DNA of 59,245 nt, counting the filler, from Platydemus manokwari (taxonomy: Eukaryota), in the NCBI GenBank assembly GCA_037951405.1. It is 6 parts of 6 records of this genome, joined end to end, with 100 filler letters (N's around TTAATTAATTAA, not from the genome) between each part and the next. Parts side by side here need not be neighbours in the genome. Positions count along the whole stretch, not along the records: positions 9,190 to 18,253 come from JBBMOY011304984.1; positions 18,354 to 28,471 come from JBBMOY011167214.1; positions 28,572 to 39,401 come from JBBMOY011102554.1; 3 more parts are not named here. One strand, written 5' to 3'. Position numbers and translations under genes: made by a program. Below are positions 12,611-29,856 of the stretch, one piece after another. The notes beneath the pieces are model-generated. The model was given only the letters and a program-made list of their open reading frames with translations. It was not told the DNA's origin and searched no databases. Every line of letters begins with the position of its first letter. The stretch's first letter is position 1.

Positions 12611-13570
12611 ATGGACATTGATGTATTAGATGCTATTGGTCATTTATGCAATTCTTCGATTTTAGCAAATCAGTTAAGACTGTGTAAATTCAAAGCTATT
12701 GATGATTTTGTAAATTTTAATGATAAAACTATGGACAAAATCGAGGAATATATTCAAATCCAATGCTCAATTTTGCCAATATCTGAACGGAGAAAGTATT
12801 TAGCAGAGTTAGACATCGAAAATCCACAAGATTTTTTATTTTCCCCCGGTCTACGAAATAAATTGATAAAAGCAGTAGATGTTTTACTTTCATCAATTGG
12901 TACTTCACATTCAATCAACCCACCTACACCCAAATTTGCTTGTACAAATGCCAATATTAATCACAATTCTCCATCAGTAAATATGCCCTTATCTCTTGTG
13001 CCATTTAGAAATAATGAGAATTTACTTTCACCAAATCGCCAGACAGTTAATAAATCATTTAATTCTAATAAATTTACAGATGTTGATAATAACAATAATC
13101 ATTTTGAACCAAAAGAAGATCAAGTTATGATTCGTCCTGAATCAGATAAGCCAACAAATAAAGGTATTCAAAATCAACCGATATCTCAAGAGCAAACAGA
13201 AATCGATTCGGATTGTATTAAAGTTGGAAATTTTATCGTTTCCATTGATAAATATTTCAAAGATACCGCTGAGACATTGAATAGTGCGTTTGTTAACTTG
13301 AATTTAATTCCAAAAATCGATTTCGACTTTGAATTTCATTTCGACAAACAAAGAGTGATAAATTCATTCGCCTATTACATTTGTCGAGCTTGTAATAATA
13401 AAAAATTGAAATTCAAATTCACAGCTAATATGAATATTCTCTATGGAAATATCAAATCACATTTAAAAAATCACGAATTACCCCATTTTAAGAACGATTC
13501 AGCTTCGAAACGATTGCAACGTCGTCGAACGACAACATTAAGAGATCAAGATTTTATTTATGACGATTAG
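12611..13570 (+). CDS. Intronless 319-aa protein: SAM-like helical N-terminus, N/P/S-rich linker, C-terminal BED-like C2H2 zinc finger
   Basis: A long uninterrupted ORF in very AT-rich DNA. It contains IEEYI..FLFSPGLRNKL near the N-terminus and CRAC-X22-HLKNH preceded by GNIKS. A basic KRLQRRR NLS-like stretch is present, and AATAAA lies about 35 nt after the stop. Confidence 0.8.
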   Translation: MDIDVLDAIGHLCNSSILANQLRLCKFKAIDDFVNFNDKTMDKIEEYIQIQCSILPISERRKYLAELDIENPQDFLFSPGLRNKLIKAVDVLLSSIGTSHSINPPTPKFACTNANINHNSPSVNMPLSLVPFRNNENLLSPNRQTVNKSFNSNKFTDVDNNNNHFEPKEDQVMIRPESDKPTNKGIQNQPISQEQTEIDSDCIKVGNFIVSIDKYFKDTAETLNSAFVNLNLIPKIDFDFEFHFDKQRVINSFAYYICRACNNKKLKFKFTANMNILYGNIKSHLKNHELPHFKNDSASKRLQRRRTTTLRDQDFIYDD

Positions 13571-16500
13571 GAACGCAATGTTATTTGTATAAATATGATG
13601 ATATATAATAAATGTTCATTAATTATGGCTTTGATTTTATATTCGTCTTTTATTGATAATGAATATCGTAATTTTGTTAAATCGTGTAACTGATAACATT
13701 GGAGGTGTCATTATTTAATATATTTAGAATGAGATCACAATTTAATATTAGCTATAAATTGCTGAATGAAATATCCGAATAATCGATTTTGATTGGTCAG
13801 ATTTTGTTGAGATTGATAATAGTTCGACTTAATACACGACCGACAAGATTTTCTAGCTTTAGAAATCAATTTTTGTTCGGTATTAGTAATGATGAAGTCT
13901 GTTTGAAATTAATAAATTGTAATGAGCTCTAAATTTGAATTGAAGCAATCGAATCATTTATATTTTAATAAGTCTGATATTCCTGATTATTTTGTGATTT
14001 TTTTGTTGGTCTTGGCTTGAATTAGAAAAGAGGATTATAATCTTTTTCAACAATATTGATTAATAATATACCATTGCAACTTTAAGTTGTTACTAATCAA
14101 TACATAATTAGTAAAAATAGTTTTGGTGAAAACCAGTGGGTTATAATCTGGTGATTGAATTAAAAAATCATCAATGCAACGATTGATCATTTATTATGAC
14201 CCAATATTAGATGGTTAGAGAAATATTAGATGTTTTCACTGATATCTAACTCCTAATATATTTGTAGATTGGAGTATAATAAAAATAATCAATAAATCGA
14301 TAAGATATAATATATTTGACATAATAAATATTGACAAATGTATGATGCAAATAATATTATATAGATAAACCTGTTGTGAGCTAAAGAGCTTAAAACAGTC
14401 ACCGAAAGAAACTACGTGCCACTCTACCTCGACGAAAAACTAAATAATTGATTTTAGGAACAGTTTATAACGAATCTCCTGAAGGATATTGAAGTAAGTT
14501 TAAAATTTGCAATAATGAAACGGTTCGTGAACAACAAAATGTAACAGATAATCCACAAAGGAATAATATGAATGATCCTCGAAGGAATTGCGATTAGGCG
14601 CTATTAAGTGCTAAGCTAATGTACTGAGTTGAAATGTGAACTTTGTGATTTTGAGGCAATATCTGTGGTATTTCATTAGTAGGCCGCTGTCTAATTTTTA
14701 ATAATTAACCTTGGTAATTTATAACGTTGCCATGACTATCTATTTAAATTTGAAATTCTTATGGTTTCTACTAATATTTCGCTGGCAACGTGGTGATTAA
14801 AATAATTTTTAAGAATTTTATTAAAATGATTATTTACCTTGATTATTTACATTTTATTATATAATTATTCTTATGTTTGTTTATACTTATTCCCAATATT
14901 AAATATGTACTAACTTTAAATATTCAAAGTTATATTTTTGAATCACATTTGTGAAATTAATATTTATATCGTCCACACCAGACTTTAAATCACACTCAAA
15001 AATCAAGGACAATTAATAATCCACAAAGGGAAAAGCACTCGAAAGATAGAACAGCAACAAGAATAACCACCATAAAAGACTAGTCGTCGAATAATCACAC
15101 AAAGAATTAACCAGATAAAAAGTTACTGATCACGAAATTCTGGTTGCTCACGATATCCAACTCCTTTAGTAAACTCCTTGTGTGTTTACCTGTTTTGTTG
15201 ATTTATTTTTTCATTTGATATAACGGTTTACAAACAAGTTTATTAGAATTAGTTTATTATTCTCTTCTAATTCTCATGTGATTGGTCTATCTTAGTGTTT
15301 GTAACATGTTGCTGGTGTGCTCCAATTGATGATCGAATCTATCCAAGGATTAATATTTATGAAGCATCTGATTGTGTAATGGCACGTGTACTTATCGTGT
15401 ACACGTGTATACACTCTTCTAAGGGCTATTCCACCATATTCGTAAGTGATTTGCTTGGTTTTGTCACAAACTCAACAATATATTTGTAAGCTGGATATTT
15501 ATAAATAATAAAAAGTCCAGTAAAAGTGAAACATTAGTTTTTAATAAAAATGCAACATTATAAAAAAAATTCAAAAAAATTAATAACTCACTGTTGAAAC
15601 ATTTTATAAAATATCTTTACGGCATACTGAAAATTAAATGATAATTTCAATGCAAATAAACAAAAGGAAATCTAAGATTTTCACAGAAACATTCCGAATA
15701 ATTTAAAAAATTAATTTATGAAATCGGTCGATTATAGCAGAAGCTTTCGACAGTTGGTGATTTTGTGTGATGATCTAATTTATGATAAAAAGATGTTGAT
15801 AGGTCGAAAATTGGGCGAAACATGTCTATATATAAATGGCTTCAATTCACTGAGCGGACACGAGAACGGAAGAATTGGCTAAAGAGATTAAATACCTAAA
15901 AGGATGAAAGATTCTCGTTAATTATTGACTGTGAAAAGTTGATATTACATGTTACAATTTTAGCTATAAACTCATTCTTAATTGTGAGAAACTTATTGGA
16001 TTTTTAATAGTGTTGAGTGAATTATCTCTTAGGTTTACGATGGTTTTATGCGATGGATTTAAGAATCTAAATGAGCTCTAATATTAATTAGTCTTCACAA
16101 CTTGGTGTTTATTAACAAATTATGTGAATTTAAATTATTTTATAAACCTGACTTCAATGGATGTATTTTATAATTGTGTAGAATATTTATGTAATCATCT
16201 GAATAAATAACTCGATAAAATCAATAAAATATCATTATTAGTACAAGACATGAACTGACAATACCAAATTCAATAAGATAAAATGATTTACAGGAAAAAT
16301 TGTTAAATATCGATTAATCTTATGGCAAATAATCAGGTATAAATAGTTAATTCTACTCAAATTGTTACAATCCACATTATGTATAATTTATAAAAATTTG
16401 AAGAATGCACAATAGTTAAAATCGATTGAAAGCGAATAAAAATATTTATTTTAAAAGCTATGTTTTCCATTTCCATAAAATAAATATATTTTCAGCCATT

Positions 16501-18179
16501 CATTGACTTAATGATTTCGAGTTTTAGGATAAAGGAGTGAATAAGCTCTTTTCATATAATTTGACTTAACATATGATATTCTCAAATATGTAATTACAAG
16601 AGATATTAAAAAGAGACATTTTAAGTGGATCTGGTCATGGTCAATTATATGAATTAAAAATCAAGACACTCTGATATAAAATCGATTATAAGCATAGAAC
16701 TAAACAACTGTGATAAAAAATATATGTACAAGGTGGAGAAAATTAACGTCAAAGAAATAGATTATAATTTTGTTAATCTCTTTCATGGTATTGCAGAAGG
16801 ATCTTGTTACAAGAGAAGCTTAATTTTAAATAAGCGTGGCCGAAACACTAAATATAAAATTAGTTCTAAAGCTTACTTGCATTGGCGTAATGAAACTGTT
16901 GAATTATCTTCCAGTAAAATGCTACGCATTCACGATCAAATGGTCTTCTTATTTTTGTTATTTTTAATGGGTTATTCAATCATACCGAAATTCTTTGAAG
17001 TCTTTTTTATATAAAAATAATATTAAAATTATCAAATAAAAAATAAAATTATAATTTTCCTAATGCAAAATAAGGAATAAAATAAGAATCATCAACCAAG
17101 ATTTTTTTTACAAATTCTACTTTAATATATTGATATACATTTTCTTCGTCGAATAAAAATACACACGATCATTTTGTTATCAATAGATTTAATTGATGAT
17201 CAGAGTCGATAATCGATAACTGATAATGTGGATGGGTCCTCAACCACATATATATTTTTCAGAAATAAAGCTTTATCAAACAATGCTTATGGGAATAATA
17301 GTTATTGGTATGTTAGATATAGATATTAAATTCATTAAAATACTCGTACACTTGACGTACAACATAACGTAAGGCAGAATTTACAAAGATTATAGATAAC
17401 TAGTTTTTTTAATTTGCTTTGGAATTGAATTTAGCTGAATTTATCGACAATTTGCCCCTTTCGACGACAGAAATTTGAATGATGGCCTCAACTTCTGGTG
17501 GTCGGAATTCTTATGTTTAATTCTATTGAATTATGATATCGATTAACTAAGTTTGTTTTTAGTATTTATAGGCTTCCGCTGTTGTTCAACAATAAATTGA
17601 AATTAGATTTTCCCTTATGCTTTGTTAGCCGCTACTATTTTAAAAACTACACATTAAAAACGAACGAAAAAGTCTAAGACTCCAAAAATCGATTTAAATG
17701 CAAATATTTAAAAAGTTTATTTTATGTTATTTAAAATGAAAAGTAAATTTGAAACAAAAATTTAATTCATTTAAAGTATCTCAGATGTTTTATTAAAAAT
17801 ATTAATAATTTAAATTAATAATTTGAATTTAAAAACGATATAAAATATTCATTTTTAATTATTTAAAACAAAATGGTAATTTAATTGAATTAAAATAATT
17901 AATTTTTCTAAAAAATTAATTAAAAATTTGTAATTAATATTTAAATTGAAAAATCTTTCATTCAAAAATTTATTTAAAACATATTTTAAAATTATTTGGT
18001 AATTCAAGATTATTGTATTTAAATGTTAATAAAAATTTAAAAATAAATTTTTTTGGAATAATTATTAATTGTAATTCAATTTAAATACCATTTTGTTTTA
18101 AATAATTAAAAAATGTTTATTTTATATAATTTTAAATTCAAATTATTAATTTATTTAAATAATTATTCGTTGAAAAGTA

Positions 18180-18253
18180 TTGGGTGTATAACCTTAAAAT
18201 TTCGATTTGATAAAAGATGTCGCTGGGAGTATTGCTTGCATATAATGTCGTAT
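18180..18253 (+). mobile_element. Mariner-like element terminus cut by the contig end
   Basis: TA followed by TTGGGTGTATAACCTTAAAATTTTCGATTT, then an AGATGTCGCT motif. A near-identical TIR lies at 59177; it resembles Mos1-type TIRs (.AGGTGTACAAG). Confidence 0.75.
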
Positions 18254-18353
18254 NNNNNNNNNNNNNNNNNNNNNNNNNNNNNNNNNNNNNNNNNNNNTTA
18301 ATTAATTAANNNNNNNNNNNNNNNNNNNNNNNNNNNNNNNNNNNNNNNNNNNN
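18254..18353. other. Artificial contig-joining spacer
   Basis: Same 100-nt N/TTAATTAATTAA/N layout. Confidence 0.97.
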
Positions 18354-18371
18354 TACATGTTTACTTTTTAG

Positions 18372-21300
18372 ATTACTATGATGGACATTCGTGATACTGG
18401 AAGAGATATAAATCCCTTAAATATCACAATGAATAGAGATAAAGATCATTGTGGTAATATTTTTTTTAAGTGTGACATTTAAATATTTGTCTTGTTTAAG
18501 AAACAGAAATACAAAAAGATGTAATAGTAAGAATTATTATTTTAATAAAAAATGTAATTTTTATTAGCATATTCAAAAGAATGGATTTTATAATGTTAAA
18601 GTTCAAAATATTGAATCCAATGCTCATACGAATCTTATCTGTGTAACTTTTAATGTCGAAATTCCAGATTTTTCAAAATCTGAGAGTGGAAAATGGATAC
18701 TATGCTTCAAATGCTTAGTTAATGAAAATAATTCAAATATTGATAGCTTTGAGGTAATATTTATTTTCCAAATGTTATTGAATTGTTAATGTTTTGTCAT
18801 GAATGTTTTCAATAATATTTGTATTTGGTTTTTTTACAAATACTTAATTTCCTAAAATGGGTTAATAATTTTAGTTTTAACTTTATGTGATTACTTGTCA
18901 CAATCTTGTCATTAAGTTAATCACATTATAATCCATGTGCGACAAAATGAATTAAAAATTATGTATGAAAATAAACAAAATAGAAAACCAGCAGAATTAT
19001 ATAATTCTATTGTAAAATGAAATAAAATCCTAAAGAACTTAAGGAATAAATTTTTAGTAATTTGATCAATTCTGTCTAGAATATTCGATAATTTTTAAAT
19101 TTTTTTCTGCAATTTTTTTAGAATTTTAATAATTTTTGAGAAGTGTACACATGACTCATGAATTTAAAATTGCCTAAAAGTTTTTAATTTATAAAAAAAA
19201 TATTAGATTATTTAATAAAAATTGTTCCTTAAATTTTGTAAATTATTTAGTTAAAGACTTCTGAAGTGCTAGCAGGTAAAATGGATAATGATGTTCATTC
19301 AGCTTTACAAGAAACACTGTTATGCATATTGAAATTGATTCAAATTGATAAAAGAAGCATTTCAATTAACCAAAATTTTATATTTTATCCTAGGAAAGAG
19401 AACGTATTTTGTTCAGAAGCAATTTTGGAAAGAATTAATCGGAAAAGTAATTTTCAAATTTAAAAAATATTTTTATTATAATTTATTATGCTAAGTTTTT
19501 CATTTTTAGGTATTATTGATATTTTAAATTACAATGTCTAATTTTATTTAAACTATCTTTACTTTGATATTTCTATCATATCATTTTTAATTAAACTTTA
19601 GTATATATAGCTTGCTATTTGTTTTAAAAGTCCAATACTTTCTGAAGTATATATTTTCGACTTTGTGTGTACTCCTACTGATCAACCATAATTTAAAATC
19701 ATGAATAACCTAGTCTGCAGAATATTCTAGTTCACTGGTTCATAAATGTTTTTATTTTATGACGCCTTTAAAATAATCTTTTTCTCGATGGTCTGAAATA
19801 TAAACATATTGTGAATAGTTATTTTCTCCGATGGTTTTAGAAAATTTGGTAAATGCAATATAATATTAGTTTATCAAATATCAAGATTTTTTACAATAAT
19901 AATATTATCTAAATCAATCAATTCATATTTAATAGAGCGTAAGGTAGTCAAGTATTCAAAGAAACTTAAATATTTTAAACATAAATTCTGACTTATTGAA
20001 ATAACCACATGTATTTCATTTTAATTCCGATCTAATAAATCGAAAGCTTAATCTGTAGTACAAAATCGAGCATAGTGATATTGCTCTAAGAACTATGTAG
20101 TTCACGCTTGAGTTGCATTCAACAATTATTTCCACTTTGATTAATATGAGATTGATGCAGTTTTAAAATGATTAAATAATTATAAATAATATCAAACATT
20201 TTTGTGAAATTTAGAGTCGATATTATTTTCATTGTTCTTGTTAAATAATAGAAATGGGTATATTAAAAGTGTATCCACATTTGGTGTAGATAGCTTACCA
20301 GACTGGTTATTCAAAAAACTCATTGAAAGATAGGTGTAATATATCTAGTACTGATGACTCCATCATTAAAGATACACACAAATGATTCTTACACAATCAT
20401 ACCATTAACATCATGTGATCATCACTTATAACGGCTTTTCTGGTATATGATTTTAGAGTATTTCATCAAATTATTAATCTTGCTATTACGTTACAAAAGT
20501 GTATTATAAAAATATAATCTGTGCCTTGATAAACTTAATATAAATTACACGATAACACTGATTCAATCACTCTGTCACACATTCATTTGTATATCCCCTC
20601 AAATCTTGTTCATTTCGAAACCATTTACCGACTATAATTCTTTTAATAGATTTTTAATCGCTATTTTTTAATATAAATTTTTAACATGGATTTTACAATA
20701 ATTTCACAAGATCTTTATTATCCATCTTCCGTGTTGTTGAAAGTTATCATTGGCCTACTTAGAATTTTCGTGAAGTTTCATTCACTATACAATATTTTTA
20801 ATTTGCTATCATTTACACTTCCTTTTTTAACTTCATATTAATCATAAATAAAGTTTTATTTTTCATAATTTATATTATTTTTTTCTCAAAGTTTTATCAT
20901 TTTATCACTCTTTTTGAATTTTGAACGGCAGTAATTAACATAGAGTGTCATTAACTCAGAAATAAAGAAGTCTATGGTTTGTATTGAAATAATACGGTTT
21001 CAATTGTTTCAAATTAATTCTTCCATAAACTTTATTTTAAACACCCACATATCGATTCGCATGAAGTGTCAATCCCTTTATTCCATAAAATACATATGCT
21101 ATTTGATGTGTAAAGACTGCCAATGAAATGCATCTAGCAAAATATAACCAACATATATTACTTCTCTGAAATTGACCTTAAAGATTCGTAGAAATTTATG
21201 TATATATAATTTTAGAATCTTGACTTATAATATTCTTTTTCTTACATTATATTTCTCAATAATTTTCGTAATATCGGATGTAAAATTTGGAATATTTGTA

Positions 21301-23186
21301 TTCTTTCTGAATTCGAAACTATTTTATTAACTTCATATATTGTTAATATTTTAGTTTTATTTTTCTGTTTTTGGAAGTTCATGCACTGCTGTGCACTAAC
21401 GATAATATTTCCTCAACATATATATTTAATAATAATATAATTTATAAATAACATATTTTATGTGAATAATTATTAAAAATAATTTAGCAAATATTAGAAA
21501 GAATATCTCAAATCAGGATGTTACGTTAAGTGACGACCAATTCATGGATTCTGTTTTAATGCAAAGTGAAAGCAAGCCTATCATAGAAACTCAAAATATC
21601 GAAAATCATGTCAATATTGATTCTCTGTTTGACCAGGAAAGTACTATTTTACTTACCAAAAGAATGGAAGAAGATAAACATGTTATAAGAATTTACCCTG
21701 TTTGTTGTGGAAGTGCAGTTGTTATCAACAATAATGGTTCAGTTCAAAATATTAAGAAAACTACAATTATTTCACCAAAATTAGACTCCAATGCAAATAT
21801 TTTTGTTCGAGAGCTAGATAAATCTGATTTATCTATGGATAAAGCTATCCACATTTTGACTTTATTACAGGAAAAAATAGAAGAATTATCGACGAAAGAT
21901 CTAAATTATTTTACCGAATTAACGTCAAAAATATTATTAGAAACTAAAGTGAGTCAAGAAAACAACAAAAAACCACAAATAATTGACCAAATAGATAAAA
22001 ACAAAATTATTGAACAAGTTTTGATGCAAAAGACTGAAATAGAAAAGTTACAAAGGCAACAAAGTGAATTAATTTCATTGTTATCAAATCAGCAGATGAT
22101 TTTTCAACCTGAAATAGAACAGAACGTGGTTACCAACAACGCAAACAAATTAATTTCTAATTCCGAGCAAGATATATTAAATTCGCATAAAATGAATAAC
22201 AAAATGTATCCAAATTCGTATAATCAGCTATATATAAATCCAAATCAAATGCTTTTGAACAACGATCCTAGGTTATATGTGCAGAATAATGTTTATATTA
22301 ATCCAGAAGACATAGAGTATCAAAATTCCAATAATTTTATTATGGATAACGCGATGCGTAATCAAATGGTACACATAAAAACTCCTATAAATGAAAATAT
22401 TATTTACAATACGAATCTTCCTCCAAATAAAGATTTCGTTTCTTTAGATAATAACATGCGATTGAAAGGCATGAAAGAAATAGCAAATATAGGAGATGTG
22501 GGTAGAGGTTATAATGAATTGTCACAGGCTTGTTATCCTAACGACAGAGTCGATTATTTGGATAGAAATATGTATCAACATCTTCATTACCACGGTACTG
22601 AACAAATCACCGACAATGATATCCATTGTAAAATGAATCCCGTGTCAAGTGTACCTAATATTCAAGAGCGTATAGCAGATTTTAAAACACCTGATTCTAA
22701 TATGTCTCAACAAATGTATCCATCAAAGTATCATTACTATCAGTTCCCTTATCATAATGTTAGAAGCGATCATAACTTTTTGAAAGACAAAAATGTTATG
22801 AATTATATGGTGCCAAATATACCAAATTTTTTTGATCCTTCAATGATGGTAGTAACTCAACAATACCCAAATGTAGAAGAAATAGGTAACTTGAGGAAAG
22901 ATCAAATATTGTATGATCATAATATTGGAGAGGAAATTAAAATAAATGAACAGGTAACCTTTGGTTAGATGTAGGAATTTAATTTATCTTTAATTTCTAG
23001 ATTTCTGAACAAAATATTTTCGCTGTGAATAACACTTTTTCGTCAACAGATAATTCAAATCTAAGTTATCATGACAATAATTTCAGTATTAATTCGAAAG
23101 TCATAGACAAAGTTCCAGAAGCATGTATAAATATACAAACGAATCCTCTTGAAGATAAAAATAAAGATGTATCGGTCAATCGTTGA
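18372..23186 (+). CDS. 5'-truncated multi-exon gene: candidate PF2/CCT-like domain, coiled coil and long N/Q/M/Y-rich tail (possibly a WNK-kinase C-terminal region)
   Basis: Phase-consistent GT-AG exons: 18372-18453, 18501-18526, 18568-18753, 19251-19446 (possibly holding a ~75-nt in-frame intron), 21488-22953, 23001-23186 (stop TGA). It contains the 474-aa ORF. The gene model is well supported; the WNK similarity is tentative. Confidence 0.75.
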
Positions 23187-23388
23187 ACTTTGTTAATTTC
23201 AAAAATATATTTTTGTAACAATTTCATTAAGTTTTTTATAAATGTACACAACAAATACGAATAAAAGAATAAGTCATAAATATATTACATCTTACAAGTG
23301 CTGACACCATAAATATAGCAGTTATAGGATATATAATCACATTTACAATTACGTAGGTTAACCAAAGCACAATTTTTAATTACTCAAA

Positions 23389-27690
<4,302 letters not shown>

Positions 27691-28471
27691 TTCAATATTA
27701 TTTGTAATTACTTAATTACAATAATATAAATTGACATAATCAAACAAATAATTTATAAAAATTTTAAATTTCTAATTCTTCGTTAAGTAAAAAATTAATT
27801 TACAAAGATCACCAATGAAATCAAGAATAATATTTATTTTCAAAAAGTGTATTAAAATAGCATTTGTTATGTTTAAAAATGTAAATAGTTTAATAAGATA
27901 CAACTTATCTGTAAAGTGGAAAAATTGCATGCATTTTCGAGGTAAGCATAAAATAATAACTAATTTTATTTAATAGAAAAAGCTTATTTCAATTTCCAAA
28001 ACCTTGTTTTATTTTAGATTACTGTACAATTAACAAATTAATTGAGATGTTGAAAATATTAAAAATATTAACTCGTAGTGAAATTAAGTATCGACCCAGA
28101 CAGATATCTAGAATAAAAGTAGTAACTCATAAGAGTTGTAGGTGTCGCTACTATGGCATAATAGTTCGATTTATATGTTTTTGGGGAGACTCCTGACTTT
28201 AGATTTTATAAATGCATTGGAAATTAGAAGTTAACATTGAAAATAACTATTTTCAACTATGTAAATATAGGAAATGATGTGAAAAATTGATATAATTATA
28301 TTTTATTTAATATAATTGAATTTTTATCATTGTATAAGTTAACAAGTAGTAATGCTGCACGTTAATAGTGATAACTTAATTATTATCGGTGAAAATATTT
28401 TATGTATGAAATAATTTTATTTATTGTATTTTTATGTACAATTCTAGAACAATTCTAGCCATTCATTCAAA

Positions 28472-28571
28472 NNNNNNNNNNNNNNNNNNNNNNNNNNNNN
28501 NNNNNNNNNNNNNNNTTAATTAATTAANNNNNNNNNNNNNNNNNNNNNNNNNNNNNNNNNNNNNNNNNNNN
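28472..28571. other. Artificial contig-joining spacer
   Basis: Same 100-nt layout. Confidence 0.97.
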
Positions 28572-29310
28572 CTTAAAATACATTTTCAAGCTTGATTTCA
28601 GTTTAATCGTAGAAATAATTTTGTTTATGAAACTTTTTAAAAATTTCTTATCAGAAAGAAATTCGATTTTTACTTGTTTAAATATTATCTAAGAATTATT
28701 TTTAGAAAATTACATGAAATCAATTTTCTACAATTTTTGAATCTATTGTCCAAATTCACAGCCTTCTTTAAGATACAAATATTCGTTTCAGGTGTGATAA
28801 GAATCATTTGAACTATATAGTATTTGAAATGTAGATTCATTAACAAACAGACAATTTTAAACAGTTATATTTATATTAAATATGAGCACTTAATAATAAT
28901 GAAATAAATAATTCTTAATGTTGTATTGATAATGGTTTGAATTGAATGTCAAACATTACTCCAGTATGAATTTATAAGTTAGATTTTTCCAAATTTTAAG
29001 CTGTTATTAATTTTTTTTTATAGAAAAATAATAATTTGTACATTATTTTTATAAAATTGTGGAATAATTTTAATGGGTTAAAATCAAATTATCACCGTTT
29101 AACGATTTAGCCTTTGTTTCTTCAATTTACCACAAATTTATTTACAAATTTATTATGTGTATCACGGTTGTTTATAGAAAAATTTCATAAATAAACAATA
29201 AAATTATTAAAATATCAACGTAAAGTGTTCGAATAAAATGAAACTATAATAATTTAAAATCAATTTATTAGAAAAAAATTATCAATTATGTTTAGTCCAA
29301 ATTCAAATTT

Positions 29311-29856
29311 CTAATGACTTTTCTTATATTTCCTTACAGCAGTAACACCTTTGTACTGCAGAGTCTAAAAATTACCGTTAAATTTTATATTGTTTAAATA
29401 GATTTTCTAATAACCAACCATAATGTACTCATCACCTACTAATTCTCTAGTAATGGTACAGTCGACATCTCTCTTCTGAGTTTGAACAAACTTCGTATCA
29501 GATTCTTTTCTAACAATTGACTGAAGAAATTCATTAAAAATTACACAAAATAAAAATAAACCTTAAGTTTTTTGTCATCAGCTGTATGTTCATCAAATTC
29601 TTCATCTAGTTTGAACTTAATTTCAGTGCTCTTTAGAGTTGAAACCGACTTTATAGTTGTCCATCCATCCTCAACGTGGAACTCTTGAGTTGACTTAGCA
29701 AGTTTAGCAAGTTCCCTTGTAACCAATGGTACGCCTGTATAAAAACGGATTATACAAGTCAATCACGATTGCTACAACAATCTTACCAAGTTCTTTCATA
29801 TATTCATCGAAATTCGAACTATCGACCAGATGCCATTTTCCAACAAACTTGTCCAT
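29311..29856 (-). CDS. FABP: Fatty-acid-binding protein (intracellular lipid-binding family), 132 aa, 4 exons
   Basis: Exons 29856-29787, 29734-29562, 29520-29419, 29364-29311. [25 protein letters not shown] signature, FKLDEEFDEHTADD, and ligand residues in TITRE and VRKY. Introns are 52, 41 and 54 nt. Confidence 0.96.

Noticed and set aside
12729-12954. Minus-strand ORFs 12729-12914 and 12754-12954
   Set aside because: Antisense shadows of the 319-aa ORF.
16500-17014. 96-aa ORF as a functional gene
   Set aside because: Upstream sequence is coding-like but full of stops, with no recognisable motif or splice model; possibly a decayed remnant.
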